Virus record (IMG/VR): IMGVR_UViG_3300031857_000018
Location: 1 to 64,000 of that record
Direction: 5' to 3' (one strand)
Source: a virus
DNA length: 64,000 nt
Part shown: piece by piece, positions 18,198-28,458 of the stretch
Layout of the letters: each line of letters starts with the position of its first letter
Numbering within the stretch: the first letter of the stretch is position 1
The notes under the pieces: model-generated
The model's input: the letters and a program-made list of their open reading frames with translations, nothing else
The model's database searches: none
What the model was told of the DNA's origin: nothing
Program-made: the position numbers and the translations under genes

Positions 18198-19435
18198 TCA
18201 TTTTCCTCATTTATGTCGACGTCACTTAAGTCAATTTTATCAGCGCCAATAGCCTTTTCAATTATTCGTATTTTACCTGCATCTATCACAACATATCGAA
18301 AATCTCTAGTAACTCGTATTCTGTCTTTTCTAAACACAATGAATTGTAAATCATTGCCTACGATAGAATCAACTGCTTCTTGCAAATCTGTTTCCAATGC
18401 TTCTGGGACGCGTACGTATTTTAAACGTCGCAATTCTGCATTGATATATGTTATATCTTGACTGCCGTCGCCAATTGGTTTTATTACAATATTACCATCG
18501 GGTGTTTTAGTTAATGGTTCAATTGACATTTCAATTGGTGTTGCATTTGGTCCTCGTAGAATGACATTGGTATAACCTTGTATGTCTGAATTTAATGCGT
18601 TTGCTTCTCGATAAAACTGCATTAAAAACTGTTTGTCTTTCATGTTCAAGTTACCTGCTAAAATAAAAGCACGACGGTCATCTAAATATGCAATTGAACT
18701 TAGTAATTCTTCATTAAAATATTTATGGAAATCAAATTTTGGATTTTCCATTGTGCCTCTTAGCTGATCTAATCGTTTCAGGGTGGTTACAATTTCATCC
18801 CAAAATTTAAATCGAGTAACACTGCCTTTAGTTCCTAATCTGATTGATTTTGCGTTGCCTTTTCCTCCGGTATAATCTTTTATTTCATAAGATTGACCAT
18901 TTGCTGTCATATCAAAAGATGTAGTACCACCATTAATTTGTGAAGTATTAATTATAGTAGCTAATAAAATTTCACCTTTTCCTAATCCTTTTGGTTCAAG
19001 CTTGAATAAATCATGGCTTAATCCATTTCTAAAGTCTATAGTATTCAATGCTTCTTCAGAAACGCCGTTTTGAGAATATAATAATGATGCAAATTGCATA
19101 CATTGATCATAACGCAAATTATTTAAAAACTTTAAAGTAATATCATTTGCTTCTGTAGGCAATAATCCTAAAAATTCTCGAAATTCATCAATTTTACCTG
19201 CTCGAACAACTGCAGCTTCCAACATTTTATTTTCAATAGAATCAAATTGTATGGCTTCTGCAATAACTTGTTTGTTAGAACCTTGTGCTCGCTCAACAAT
19301 TTGGCGTGCGTCATCGGCTGATATATTGGCTACTTCTAAAAGAACATGATATAGTATTTCATAATCCTTAGCATTAGTAGGATAACCTTTCGGTAATCGA
19401 TAACACCATTCTGTTAAAATTAAATCAATGTTCAT
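18191..19435 (-). CDS. putative PD-(D/E)xK nuclease-fold protein
   Basis: GLGKGEILL...SFDM...YEIKDY gives E...D...ExK spacing. Confidence 0.55.
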   Translation of the reverse strand: MNIDLILTEWCYRLPKGYPTNAKDYEILYHVLLEVANISADDARQIVERAQGSNKQVIAEAIQFDSIENKMLEAAVVRAGKIDEFREFLGLLPTEANDITLKFLNNLRYDQCMQFASLLYSQNGVSEEALNTIDFRNGLSHDLFKLEPKGLGKGEILLATIINTSQINGGTTSFDMTANGQSYEIKDYTGGKGNAKSIRLGTKGSVTRFKFWDEIVTTLKRLDQLRGTMENPKFDFHKYFNEELLSSIAYLDDRRAFILAGNLNMKDKQFLMQFYREANALNSDIQGYTNVILRGPNATPIEMSIEPLTKTPDGNIVIKPIGDGSQDITYINAELRRLKYVRVPEALETDLQEAVDSIVGNDLQFIVFRKDRIRVTRDFRYVVIDAGKIRIIEKAIGADKIDLSDVDINEENEW

Positions 19436-20754
19436 AACGTGATAGTTTTCATTTTACTATAAATATGTCCGGCTTTTGTTTTTACCGGGAAATTGCCTTG
19501 TTCTAATACGTGCTTGATTGCAGGTATTATGTGTTGTGCTTCTGCAGTGGGAACATCGAACAACACGGAATCATAAGTATACAATACCATGCAGGTTTCA
19601 TGTCCTTCTAGCAGTGTTTGACATTGCCGTAACTTTTGCACCGATACCTCAGTTTCAACGGCTTGCAAATAATAATTAAACAGCTTGTTTGCTGTCATGT
19701 TTTTCACTGTGTCTGATGTTATTGGTCTTTGCAGTATGGGTGTTTTTATACGTCCTTTAGCTTTCCATTGTCTCCACAAATCATACACAAACGTGTTTAC
19801 TTGCTGAAAGAATGGTATAGATAAAAACTCAGTATCAATACCTCCATACAACAATCGAAAAGTTATCTGCTTGCTTTGTTCATATTGTTCCTCAGTCAAT
19901 TCTGTCGTGCTAAAATAAAATCGCCCAAAGTATTCATGCACAGATCCCGCAGGCAATGCATATCCAATTAATCGGGCTATTAATCTAACGTGGTATGCAT
20001 CAAAGTCCATTTCTACCAAAGCACCATTATCAAATCGACTACAAAATGCATCGCGGGTACCATCTTCTTTGTTCATTGCAGCAAAATTAAATCCTCGATA
20101 TGCATTGCTAGGTCGTCCTGTTACAGTATGATAATTGTAACTTGAGTACACTTTGTTCTGTGTTATTAAATCTGGCATTCTGAACGTGTCGGTTACTGAC
20201 AACCCTGCAGATTCAATTGCAGCAAATGTTTCTGGATATGTTGCATTGAATTGTAAATACGAATCCGTTAACTTTGCGTTCATACACATTGGCCAGGCAT
20301 AATGTCGAATTTTCTGACACATTGCTAAATGTTGTTGCAATGGCACTACTGCATTTACTTGTGCCAATGACGAATGTCGGCGCCAATAAAATGTATGTGC
20401 CGCGGTAGGATAATAAGACTCATCATATGCTTCGCCGTAAGTGTACCACCACAAAGTTTTTACATCCCATACGGCAGCGTTTCCTCCGATTTGAAGCCAG
20501 GCCTTTTTATCATGAACAAAGATATTCTGCAATGCAAGAAACCTCGGCAGATGTTCAGGAAAGCCCCTTAGTTGTTCAGTATGTCGGAATGGCACAATAC
20601 GTTCTACATCATCTTCGGTATAAACATATAAAGCAATTACTGGATTCTGAGTAGGGTGCAATGCTGGACTAGAAAAAATAGGTACTACTAGGGTGCGTTT
20701 ATCTGCCACACATTGTAATAACGCGTCAATTTCTTCTACATGATCCAGTACCAT
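19432..20754 (-). CDS. compact family A DNA polymerase lacking the 5' nuclease
   Basis: TVTGRPS, motif A DFDAYHVRL, motif B KQITFRLLYG, motif C YTYDSVLFD. Confidence 0.85.
   Translation of the reverse strand: MVLDHVEEIDALLQCVADKRTLVVPIFSSPALHPTQNPVIALYVYTEDDVERIVPFRHTEQLRGFPEHLPRFLALQNIFVHDKKAWLQIGGNAAVWDVKTLWWYTYGEAYDESYYPTAAHTFYWRRHSSLAQVNAVVPLQQHLAMCQKIRHYAWPMCMNAKLTDSYLQFNATYPETFAAIESAGLSVTDTFRMPDLITQNKVYSSYNYHTVTGRPSNAYRGFNFAAMNKEDGTRDAFCSRFDNGALVEMDFDAYHVRLIARLIGYALPAGSVHEYFGRFYFSTTELTEEQYEQSKQITFRLLYGGIDTEFLSIPFFQQVNTFVYDLWRQWKAKGRIKTPILQRPITSDTVKNMTANKLFNYYLQAVETEVSVQKLRQCQTLLEGHETCMVLYTYDSVLFDVPTAEAQHIIPAIKHVLEQGNFPVKTKAGHIYSKMKTITL
19458..19466 (-). promoter_or_regulatory. late-type motif ATATTTATA inside the polA 3' end
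   Basis: exact motif 23 nt upstream of the nuclease-like gene. Confidence 0.5.
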
Positions 20755-20760
20755 ACATTA

Positions 20761-20789
20761 AATATATGGAAAAAAATGCAGAAATCCAA
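20761..20789 (-). promoter_or_regulatory. early/middle-type promoter TTGGAT-N17-TATATT, 6 nt before the ATG
   Basis: fills the gap before polA. Confidence 0.65.
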
Positions 20790-20790
20790 G

Positions 20791-21405
20791 TTAATTGATA
20801 TCTTCTGGAATTATGTATGTGGTATCTGTATATAATTCTACTAGATTTGCTAGCTTAGTTTGAATGTTTGGTATACTTTGTTTTGCAAATTCAATTTGCT
20901 GCAGATTACGTTGTTGCACACTCAATGTTTGCACCGTGCCAGTTGTAGATGGTACCAATGTGCCTGTAATATACCAACGCATTGTAACTGTGCGATACAT
21001 GTTAGGATCGATTACTTGCTGTGATATATCCGTGTATTGTTTTACATCAATTTCAGTAATTCCGTATTCATTGTGTTTTTGTGCAAAGTATCTTGTCAAA
21101 TATCCAACTCGTATTTCTTGCTGTGTAGGCGATGGGACGTATGAAGTAAGTGATGTTTTATATCTAGTTTGTTGACTAGGCTTCAGATTGCTATACACTA
21201 TTTCAGTGGCTGTCATATCTTCATATGGTATCAACTTTTTTGATAGAGTTGCGTCATATGTTCCTAATGTGAATGCATCGCCATTAGTATATGTATGATA
21301 AAATCCAAAGTATTCTGCAAAATCTGACTCAATCATCCACTCAGATCCGGTAGTATACAAATACTCTGTTATCTCATCTGGCGAATAATATAATTTAGTT
21401 CTCAT
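20791..21405 (-). CDS. hypothetical protein (baseplate module)
   Basis: TAATG overlap with the upstream baseplate gene. Confidence 0.7.
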   Translation of the reverse strand: MRTKLYYSPDEITEYLYTTGSEWMIESDFAEYFGFYHTYTNGDAFTLGTYDATLSKKLIPYEDMTATEIVYSNLKPSQQTRYKTSLTSYVPSPTQQEIRVGYLTRYFAQKHNEYGITEIDVKQYTDISQQVIDPNMYRTVTMRWYITGTLVPSTTGTVQTLSVQQRNLQQIEFAKQSIPNIQTKLANLVELYTDTTYIIPEDIN

Positions 21406-23579
21406 TATTGTCCAATTCTAGGTCTCATTATACATCTAACCACAGTAGTCCATTGACCGTCTTGTGTCACATCATGTTCAATTCCTATAACACTAAATAC
21501 CGTGTTGATTCGATATCGGTATGGTAATATATCAAATGTAACAACATCACCATAACGAAATCCATTAACACCATCAATTGTAAATTCTGCTTCAAATGGA
21601 AATATTGGGGCAGTTATTTGCTGAGCTTGTTTGAGTTCTGGTTTTGGATACTGTAAATATTTCACTAATGCTTCATTTAATGCTTGTTGTTTAGTAACAT
21701 CACTCATACTTTTACCGTAATCTTCTCGATGTCTAGTTAATTCTTCTAAAAACTTTGCATTATTTTTTTTATAAATTGCATCTGCCGTTTTTATTTTTTC
21801 TGGATCAGATGAATTATACATGTAATTTAAATATGGCGCAATTTGGTCTTCAGAAATTTCATCTGGATTCTGATTTAACACATATGACAATGTAGATACG
21901 CTATCTGGGATCTTAGCTGACAGTTTAAAGTCTTGCACAATGCTACCAATTGCCCCATTAGTTACGCCAGATGGATATTGTGCACTCATCGGGACATGAT
22001 ACGGTTGTACCTTATCTGTTTCGCTCGGAGTACCTAGAAAATTTTCATCATAAAATGCTAACAACGTATCATTCTTAGGGTGTGTTATTAATTTTAAACT
22101 GATTGCCCCGCCGGTTGCAGATGAAATTACTCCACTAATGCCAGATAAAAAATCAGAAACCTTAAATGATCCGGCACTTGTTAATGATGTTAGTACGGAT
22201 TCAATTTTTTCTAAATTTAAAAAAATACGAGCAGGATATCCTACTTCACGACCTTGGTATCCTAACCAATTGGCATTTTTAGTATTTTCAAAATAAATTT
22301 TACTACCATAACGTTCAGTTGTGCCGCGGTCTGTGTCTTTTGGCAGTAATAACACGTTATGTGGGTCACTAGAACATAAATGCTCATAATAGTTGCTATA
22401 GCAAATAAAACTGCTACATATAACTGCAGGGAATGGTACCGCATCTTTAACTTTGATCGTAACGATGCGATTAATATAATCTATTAAATAACCTAGTGTT
22501 ATGTAACGAGAGAATGTTTTTTGTTCTTTTGTTGTTGGCTTTTCTGTTTGTGACCAAGCATCCCCAATTAAATACCAAATGTCTTCATTTCCTTCTAACT
22601 GATTTCTAACATCACCTTTGAGCATGTTAATTCGTTGGAATTTTTGATCTACTTCATCATATAATTTTGAGTAAAATGATTTATCTGCAGGTGCATTTGC
22701 TGCGGCTGCTTTTTGCTCAACTGTTGCGGTGTATGTGTCAGGTGATGTTATTGGGCTAGGTGTTGCTGTTGCATTAGTACCAGCTTTTGTGGTTGCATTT
22801 GCATTAATGAACATTGAAACATCGGTATATACATTGCTAGTTCCTCGCATACTAATAGTTGCTTGAACTGAATAATCGGTATTATAACTAAACGTGAATG
22901 ATGTTATCAATCCTTCAAATGAAATATTGTTTAATCGGGATATTTCTTTTTGTTTGTCTACGATATTAATATCCTTACCGTATAAAGATTGTAGTTTTTC
23001 AGCATTCGGAATAGTTGTTGGTTCTAAACTTAATCCGGTAATCACAGCAGATGGTGGATATTCAAACTGCATTTTAACATATCGACCAGCACGAAAGAAT
23101 ATTTCTTCAATGAAATCTAAATCGCGTTCTGGATTTGAAATTTCAATAACAAATGTAGCAGTGTTTAATAAACCCATCGAATGGTCACCAACTGATATAT
23201 TTGCACTAGAAATATAAGGTGGTACACGATTATTTGAATTTTGACGAACGGTATCTTTTAATGTAGGCACGAATGTTGCTTTATCTCCAACTCCATCAGC
23301 TACCCATGATAGTTCTTTAAGTGTTCTAGTTGCACCGTCAGTTAAAAATCCTTCTACCCCGCCAGGCTGATAACTAGCTCCGCGTACGGTTTCTCCGCCT
23401 AAGGTAAATAATTCTTTACCCGTAGACCCATTACCTTCATATGCAGTAATTTTAACATTAGCAACTTTGCCAACCATATAGTCAATAGATTTATTATCTC
23501 GTGTACGTCCTGCTAACGCTCGAGTATCTAGTTCGGATGCTAGATTTTTGTCCAATTGCGTGTAAAATATTTCACTCAT
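21405..23579 (-). CDS. putative baseplate hub protein
   Basis: position after tape measure and the gp53-like gene; beta-rich segments FEGLITSFTFS and IEHDVTQDGQWTT. Confidence 0.55.
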   Translation of the reverse strand: MSEIFYTQLDKNLASELDTRALAGRTRDNKSIDYMVGKVANVKITAYEGNGSTGKELFTLGGETVRGASYQPGGVEGFLTDGATRTLKELSWVADGVGDKATFVPTLKDTVRQNSNNRVPPYISSANISVGDHSMGLLNTATFVIEISNPERDLDFIEEIFFRAGRYVKMQFEYPPSAVITGLSLEPTTIPNAEKLQSLYGKDINIVDKQKEISRLNNISFEGLITSFTFSYNTDYSVQATISMRGTSNVYTDVSMFINANATTKAGTNATATPSPITSPDTYTATVEQKAAAANAPADKSFYSKLYDEVDQKFQRINMLKGDVRNQLEGNEDIWYLIGDAWSQTEKPTTKEQKTFSRYITLGYLIDYINRIVTIKVKDAVPFPAVICSSFICYSNYYEHLCSSDPHNVLLLPKDTDRGTTERYGSKIYFENTKNANWLGYQGREVGYPARIFLNLEKIESVLTSLTSAGSFKVSDFLSGISGVISSATGGAISLKLITHPKNDTLLAFYDENFLGTPSETDKVQPYHVPMSAQYPSGVTNGAIGSIVQDFKLSAKIPDSVSTLSYVLNQNPDEISEDQIAPYLNYMYNSSDPEKIKTADAIYKKNNAKFLEELTRHREDYGKSMSDVTKQQALNEALVKYLQYPKPELKQAQQITAPIFPFEAEFTIDGVNGFRYGDVVTFDILPYRYRINTVFSVIGIEHDVTQDGQWTTVVRCIMRPRIGQ

Positions 23580-23878
23580 CGTTGTTTGTTAATCTGCGAT
23601 ATACGATCTTGAATTCCGGTATCTCTAGGTATTCTAACTCTGGTATTTGGTGGTACTACCAATGTGCCTTTGCCTAAACCATTTGCCGCGGCGATAACCC
23701 ACCACATTGATGCATCATCATAAAAATCCAATGCTAATTTATCTAATCGTTCCATGCTAACAGTGCGAATATATAAATCATTGCCGGTAACCGCGGTTGG
23801 CGGTATTATGGTAGTTTCTGCACGACGAGTACCTTTTTCGTCTTTTATTTGCAATGTTGTTTGATATCTACTGCTCAT
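23576..23878 (-). CDS. baseplate wedge/LysM-like protein (gp53/tail X-like)
   Basis: ERLDKLALDFYDDASMWWVIAAAN...VRIP. Confidence 0.8.
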   Translation of the reverse strand: MSSRYQTTLQIKDEKGTRRAETTIIPPTAVTGNDLYIRTVSMERLDKLALDFYDDASMWWVIAAANGLGKGTLVVPPNTRVRIPRDTGIQDRISQINKQR

Positions 23879-23886
23879 AATATAAT

Positions 23887-25464
23887 CTATTTTGGTGCTT
23901 TATCTCGAATTGACTGTTGAGTTAATGGTGTATTAGTATCACTTAACCAGTTATCATTTCCGGTCAATGTTCCGAATTGATCGGCTTGCTTAGCTAATGT
24001 GTACATTGACCCGCCAAATTCTGGCAATGCATCCGTAATTAAATACATGCTCATCTGCACGTCAATTTTATGTGGTACCTGCATCATTTCTGGATCGTCT
24101 TCAATGTTAATTTCCCATGTTGTGTCAGAATCTACAAATGTATACCCTAAGCTGTTAATTAGCACAGGTTGAGATACTAACAGGTCACCAATTGTGATTC
24201 GAAGCCATGGAGCTTTCAATGAAAATGAATCTGCGTTATATGCTGGAGCTGTATAACCAGCTAATGCATTTAATTTTCTGTATATGAATTTTAACTCATC
24301 ACGGTCTGTTGCATATACTGTGAATGATACATCAATATCGCGACTGTATCCTGAATAATGATAATTAGGATCAGGTCGGCCTAATATATTCACCGGACTC
24401 CAACTAGGCGAAAATTGGTCACCAAATGATGTTAATGCTGCACGAAACACAATTACATCATCTTCTACATCTTTAGATCCTAAGGATAATTTTGGACCGG
24501 TAAAGAAGAATTTAATAAAGTCCTTAGTAAGACCATATGGGTTTGCGCCTAATACTGTGCTTGCTCCTTGCACTAGGTTGGTAAACCCAGTATCGCTACT
24601 TAAAACTGAGTTAGGTACCCATCGATAAATGTTCTCCCAATTTCTTTGACCAAAATCAATAACAGTTACACGATCTCCGCGGAACGGTGTTAATGCTTCT
24701 AATCCTTTAACCGTTTTGTTCCAAAAGGCAGTACGACGTTCTTTACCCTTTGGAACATCTTTTAATTTACCTTTTGGCCATTTTGTAGATACATGAGATC
24801 TTAAGGTAAAGTCATTTCGATCTGCCATTGGGTCACTGTGATTTCCCCAACCATATTTAGAATCTAAATTAAATACAGTATATGCACCTATAGTAGCGCT
24901 CTGTGCTGCATATGTTGCTGCTGTGACAGAACCTCGGAGTGCAGCACTTAATCCATCTCTGCGTTTTGCTAAAGTTAATGCAGCAATTTCAGTTGCTAAT
25001 TCTGCACCTGGTTTTGCTTTTGTTTTGATGGAATTTATAGAACTAAGTAAACTAATTTTTTTAGTACGGAAATCTGGATTTGGTAATGGAAATTTAACTC
25101 CGGTACTAATAAAGGCGTTTAAATTATCATATGGTGCAGTTGCATATATAGCATCGCCGCCCAATGCACCAGCTACGCCGGCGCCGAATTGAGATATTGA
25201 CGGAATTCCTAATGCGCCTATAGCACCAACTGCTTTACCAGCCAATCGGGATAAGGCATTGCCAGCAATATTTGTGTTGTTAGTGCCGGCCTGTGTGTTA
25301 CTAGAAAACAATGAATTCTGTGTTAATTTACCATCAGCAGAATTAATAGTTAATGTTCCTGCTGGCGTGTTGCTAAATGCATATATTCCGCCTGGTACAG
25401 GTGGTATTGAAATGCTATAGGGAGTGAACTGGCTTTCGTACCCCTTTGTTGGATTGGTTTGCAT
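23887..25464 (-). CDS. putative tail tube initiator / baseplate protein
   Basis: C-terminal FRAALTSFGDQFSPSW...GRPDP.YHYSGYSRDI tube-like domain; follows tape measure. Confidence 0.6.
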   Translation of the reverse strand: MQTNPTKGYESQFTPYSISIPPVPGGIYAFSNTPAGTLTINSADGKLTQNSLFSSNTQAGTNNTNIAGNALSRLAGKAVGAIGALGIPSISQFGAGVAGALGGDAIYATAPYDNLNAFISTGVKFPLPNPDFRTKKISLLSSINSIKTKAKPGAELATEIAALTLAKRRDGLSAALRGSVTAATYAAQSATIGAYTVFNLDSKYGWGNHSDPMADRNDFTLRSHVSTKWPKGKLKDVPKGKERRTAFWNKTVKGLEALTPFRGDRVTVIDFGQRNWENIYRWVPNSVLSSDTGFTNLVQGASTVLGANPYGLTKDFIKFFFTGPKLSLGSKDVEDDVIVFRAALTSFGDQFSPSWSPVNILGRPDPNYHYSGYSRDIDVSFTVYATDRDELKFIYRKLNALAGYTAPAYNADSFSLKAPWLRITIGDLLVSQPVLINSLGYTFVDSDTTWEINIEDDPEMMQVPHKIDVQMSMYLITDALPEFGGSMYTLAKQADQFGTLTGNDNWLSDTNTPLTQQSIRDKAPK

Positions 25465-27452
25465 TAGCTATATCTCCCTCGATTTAATTTGTTTGCTGCG
25501 TATAATGGATCGGACATAACTGACATTTTAATGGTTGGTAATGTTTCTTTAAGTGTGGATGCGATCGCTGCAGCTAATCGACTAATTTGATTATCACTAA
25601 TTCCACCTCCACCGGATAATTGCCGTGCTAAACGACGGTTACCATCCACATTAGTGCCGGCAATCATGGTACCGTCATTTACCTGTGTAAATTTATCACG
25701 TGGGTTAAATCTTATAAGACCATCATTCATTATGATTGCGTCATTTGCACCCGTTCCACCGGCTGCTGGGACAGTTACAGTTTCAGCTGATTCAATAGTC
25801 ATGTCTGTTAAATTAGTACCCAGGCCTGTTGCTAATGCGTCTGTTATGGTAGTACCTAAACCGGCTAATTTGTTACCCCAGATTGGAATTTGTTCAGTCA
25901 TTGTAGTGATTACGCTACCTAATCCGTTAACGGTTGTTCTGAATGTCGACATTGTTCCAACAGCTTCTTTCATGGTTTCAACAACTTTAAAATAGCCACC
26001 TCCAACACCGGCTGCGTCTGGGCCTTTAAGCATTGCCGTTTTAAATGTGTTCAATGTGTTCTCTAAACTATCAGAGACTCCTTGAAATGCATCGGTAAAT
26101 CCTTTTGAATCTGGGAACTGTGCTACAATACCTCGAGTTTGAATTGACTCTAATGCTTCTGCCATTCTTGTTTGTACATCCCGTGTGTCATCAGCTTTCA
26201 TGATTTCATCGATTTGGGTTGTAGAAACTTCGCCTTGTTTTTGTAATTTTTCTAATTCTGTTTTTAAGTCTGCTCCGGTTTTGCCAAACAGTGATTTTGC
26301 TCCAATATCTGACAGCAATTTTCTCTTCTGAAGCATACGTGCCAATGTCTCTTCTTCAAGCCCCAATGTTTTAGCAAGTTGTTTACGAGCTAACATGTTA
26401 TCTTTAATAGTATCACCCTGGGTATCTAAAATAGTGTTCATTACATCAGCTTGCTTATTTGCATCTCCTTGTAATGCAGCTTCTCGATACATGTTGGTTA
26501 AACTTTTACCAGATACTTCATCCACTAAACGTTTACCGGATAATAATTGATATTCTAATTCATCCCCTACACTTGATTCAATGCTTAATAATGTTTCACC
26601 TGTTTTATTTAGTTGGGCCATTGAGACACCTAACTGTTTAGCTTTCATTACTGCGAGACCTAAGGTTGCAGGATATCGACCGTATTGCATTTGTACTTCT
26701 GCACCCAACCCTCCAATTTCTTCCATGATTTCTCTTTGAAGAGTTGTTTGCTCATTCATGTCCATGGTTAAACCTAATTGCGTACCAATTAATTTTGCAG
26801 ATTCGCGTTCTTGGTTTAATCTAGTTTCGATGCCCTTGCCCTTATTGTCTGTTCCGCCGGCTGCTTGTGCATTATAATAACGCATTTCTTCAGCGGCTTC
26901 TTCAGATATACCAATAATATCAGTCAGGTATCGTTGGGTTTTTAGTAAACTAGTACCAAATTTTCCGTCATTTTTAATATTTAGTGCCTGTACTCCAAGT
27001 AATCCTTTAAGGCTTTTAATATACTGTTCTGTATTGGCACGACCGTACTCTAAACTTCCGGCAATTTGATCTAGTTGAAATCCATATCTTTGAGCGGCTT
27101 TTGTGGATAATCCAAATGATTTTCCTAATTCATTGTTTCTCTGAAATAATTTTGTTACCTGATCAGTTTGATCTGTTATAATTTTAGAAAATTGCTGATA
27201 TACACCTATTAATTTTTGTACTCCGGTAACAGCTGCAACAGTACCTGTTTGTAAATTATTTAATGAATCATATACATCGCTTAATACACTTGTTAAACTT
27301 AAACCCGATGTTGTCATCCGAGTAAATGCAGTATCAAATTCTCCTAGAGCATCTGCAGCATCAGCTGGAATATCAGAAACTTTCTTTGGGGTTGCTCCAT
27401 AGCGGGGCTGAAGTTTTAATCGAGCTATAATATGTTTAGTGTTATCTATCAT
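25464..27452 (-). CDS. tape measure protein
   Basis: long helical Ala/Gln/Leu-rich protein after tube and chaperone genes. Confidence 0.7.
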   Translation of the reverse strand: MIDNTKHIIARLKLQPRYGATPKKVSDIPADAADALGEFDTAFTRMTTSGLSLTSVLSDVYDSLNNLQTGTVAAVTGVQKLIGVYQQFSKIITDQTDQVTKLFQRNNELGKSFGLSTKAAQRYGFQLDQIAGSLEYGRANTEQYIKSLKGLLGVQALNIKNDGKFGTSLLKTQRYLTDIIGISEEAAEEMRYYNAQAAGGTDNKGKGIETRLNQERESAKLIGTQLGLTMDMNEQTTLQREIMEEIGGLGAEVQMQYGRYPATLGLAVMKAKQLGVSMAQLNKTGETLLSIESSVGDELEYQLLSGKRLVDEVSGKSLTNMYREAALQGDANKQADVMNTILDTQGDTIKDNMLARKQLAKTLGLEEETLARMLQKRKLLSDIGAKSLFGKTGADLKTELEKLQKQGEVSTTQIDEIMKADDTRDVQTRMAEALESIQTRGIVAQFPDSKGFTDAFQGVSDSLENTLNTFKTAMLKGPDAAGVGGGYFKVVETMKEAVGTMSTFRTTVNGLGSVITTMTEQIPIWGNKLAGLGTTITDALATGLGTNLTDMTIESAETVTVPAAGGTGANDAIIMNDGLIRFNPRDKFTQVNDGTMIAGTNVDGNRRLARQLSGGGGISDNQISRLAAAIASTLKETLPTIKMSVMSDPLYAANKLNRGRYS

Positions 27453-27467
27453 CTTAATAATAAATAT

Positions 27468-27743
27468 CTATTTTTTAGATTTCGATACTGTTGGCATTTG
27501 TGGTAGATCTTTAGTAACGTTGGTTGTTGGTTCTGTTGGCGTTAATTTATCATTAATTTTGTTTATCCAAAACTTTCGGGTGTTAACCGGCAAATTATAA
27601 ACAGTTTCCCAGCTCCAACGACCTTCACCTTGCCACACTAAATCAAATAACGTTGAGTGTAATGCTACACGGTCTTGGGGCTTAAACCCAAAGAAGGTCT
27701 GATCCAATTTGAAACACTGAACTGAAGGTGCTCCCTTTTTCAC
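27468..27743 (-). CDS. downstream frame of the tail assembly chaperone (probably reached by frameshift)
   Basis: only a GTG start inside the upstream gene; WETVYNLPVNTRKFWI resembles GT-type chaperone extensions. Confidence 0.6.
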   Translation of the reverse strand: MKKGAPSVQCFKLDQTFFGFKPQDRVALHSTLFDLVWQGEGRWSWETVYNLPVNTRKFWINKINDKLTPTEPTTNVTKDLPQMPTVSKSKK

Positions 27744-28458
27744 CTTCGAATTCTACAAGTAAATCTACAGCTGGAGTATTTTCTTCAACAAAGCCTCGAA
27801 ATTTGCGTGAATCTACTGCTAAGAATGAATATTTAATATACTGTGTAATATCTGCTGATTTTCTGGTATCATTAACTTGTTGTATCATCATTGTTAATAT
27901 ATCAGAAATTGTGTGTTCTGGTGATATACTTTTTATTTGTGCATTCGATAAAAACTTAAATTTAAGTGTAACCGAATCATTAACAATGTATGTAAACTCC
28001 CCGTTTTCATCTGACTCTAAATCAAATGGTTTATGTTTTAATTTACGCAAATCAACCGTACGTTCTAATTGTGTTTTACTTGTAGGGTCAGTTATGATTA
28101 CAGGATATTCTGGACCATATGACATTATTCTGGATTGTATGATAAGTGCATCGCGATCGCATTGTGCAATTTCATCAATGTTGACATCTGGTGTTACAAT
28201 AATACTTTCTAATAAACGATCCAATATTACACCTTCTCGGGCATAAGACATATTAGTTAGAATATCTTCATCATATGCAGTCATGTAACGCATTTCTAAC
28301 ACCCCGCTTCGAAGAGGGCTACTAGTAGCATACAATTTTCCTTGTGATGGTAATCTTACCAACTCAGTTGGAATAGATTTTCTTTGTTCAGATTCAAATT
28401 GCTGTTTAGCAATATTGATGATGTTTTGTTTGTCAATTCGATTTGTAAGTTGTGACAT
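27682..28458 (-). CDS. tail/baseplate assembly chaperone (gp26-like)
   Basis: LPSQGKLY, EMRYMTAYDEDILT, DRDALIIQSRIMSYG; between tube and tape measure. Confidence 0.75.
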   Translation of the reverse strand: MSQLTNRIDKQNIINIAKQQFESEQRKSIPTELVRLPSQGKLYATSSPLRSGVLEMRYMTAYDEDILTNMSYAREGVILDRLLESIIVTPDVNIDEIAQCDRDALIIQSRIMSYGPEYPVIITDPTSKTQLERTVDLRKLKHKPFDLESDENGEFTYIVNDSVTLKFKFLSNAQIKSISPEHTISDILTMMIQQVNDTRKSADITQYIKYSFLAVDSRKFRGFVEENTPAVDLLVEFEGEKGSTFSSVFQIGSDLLWV

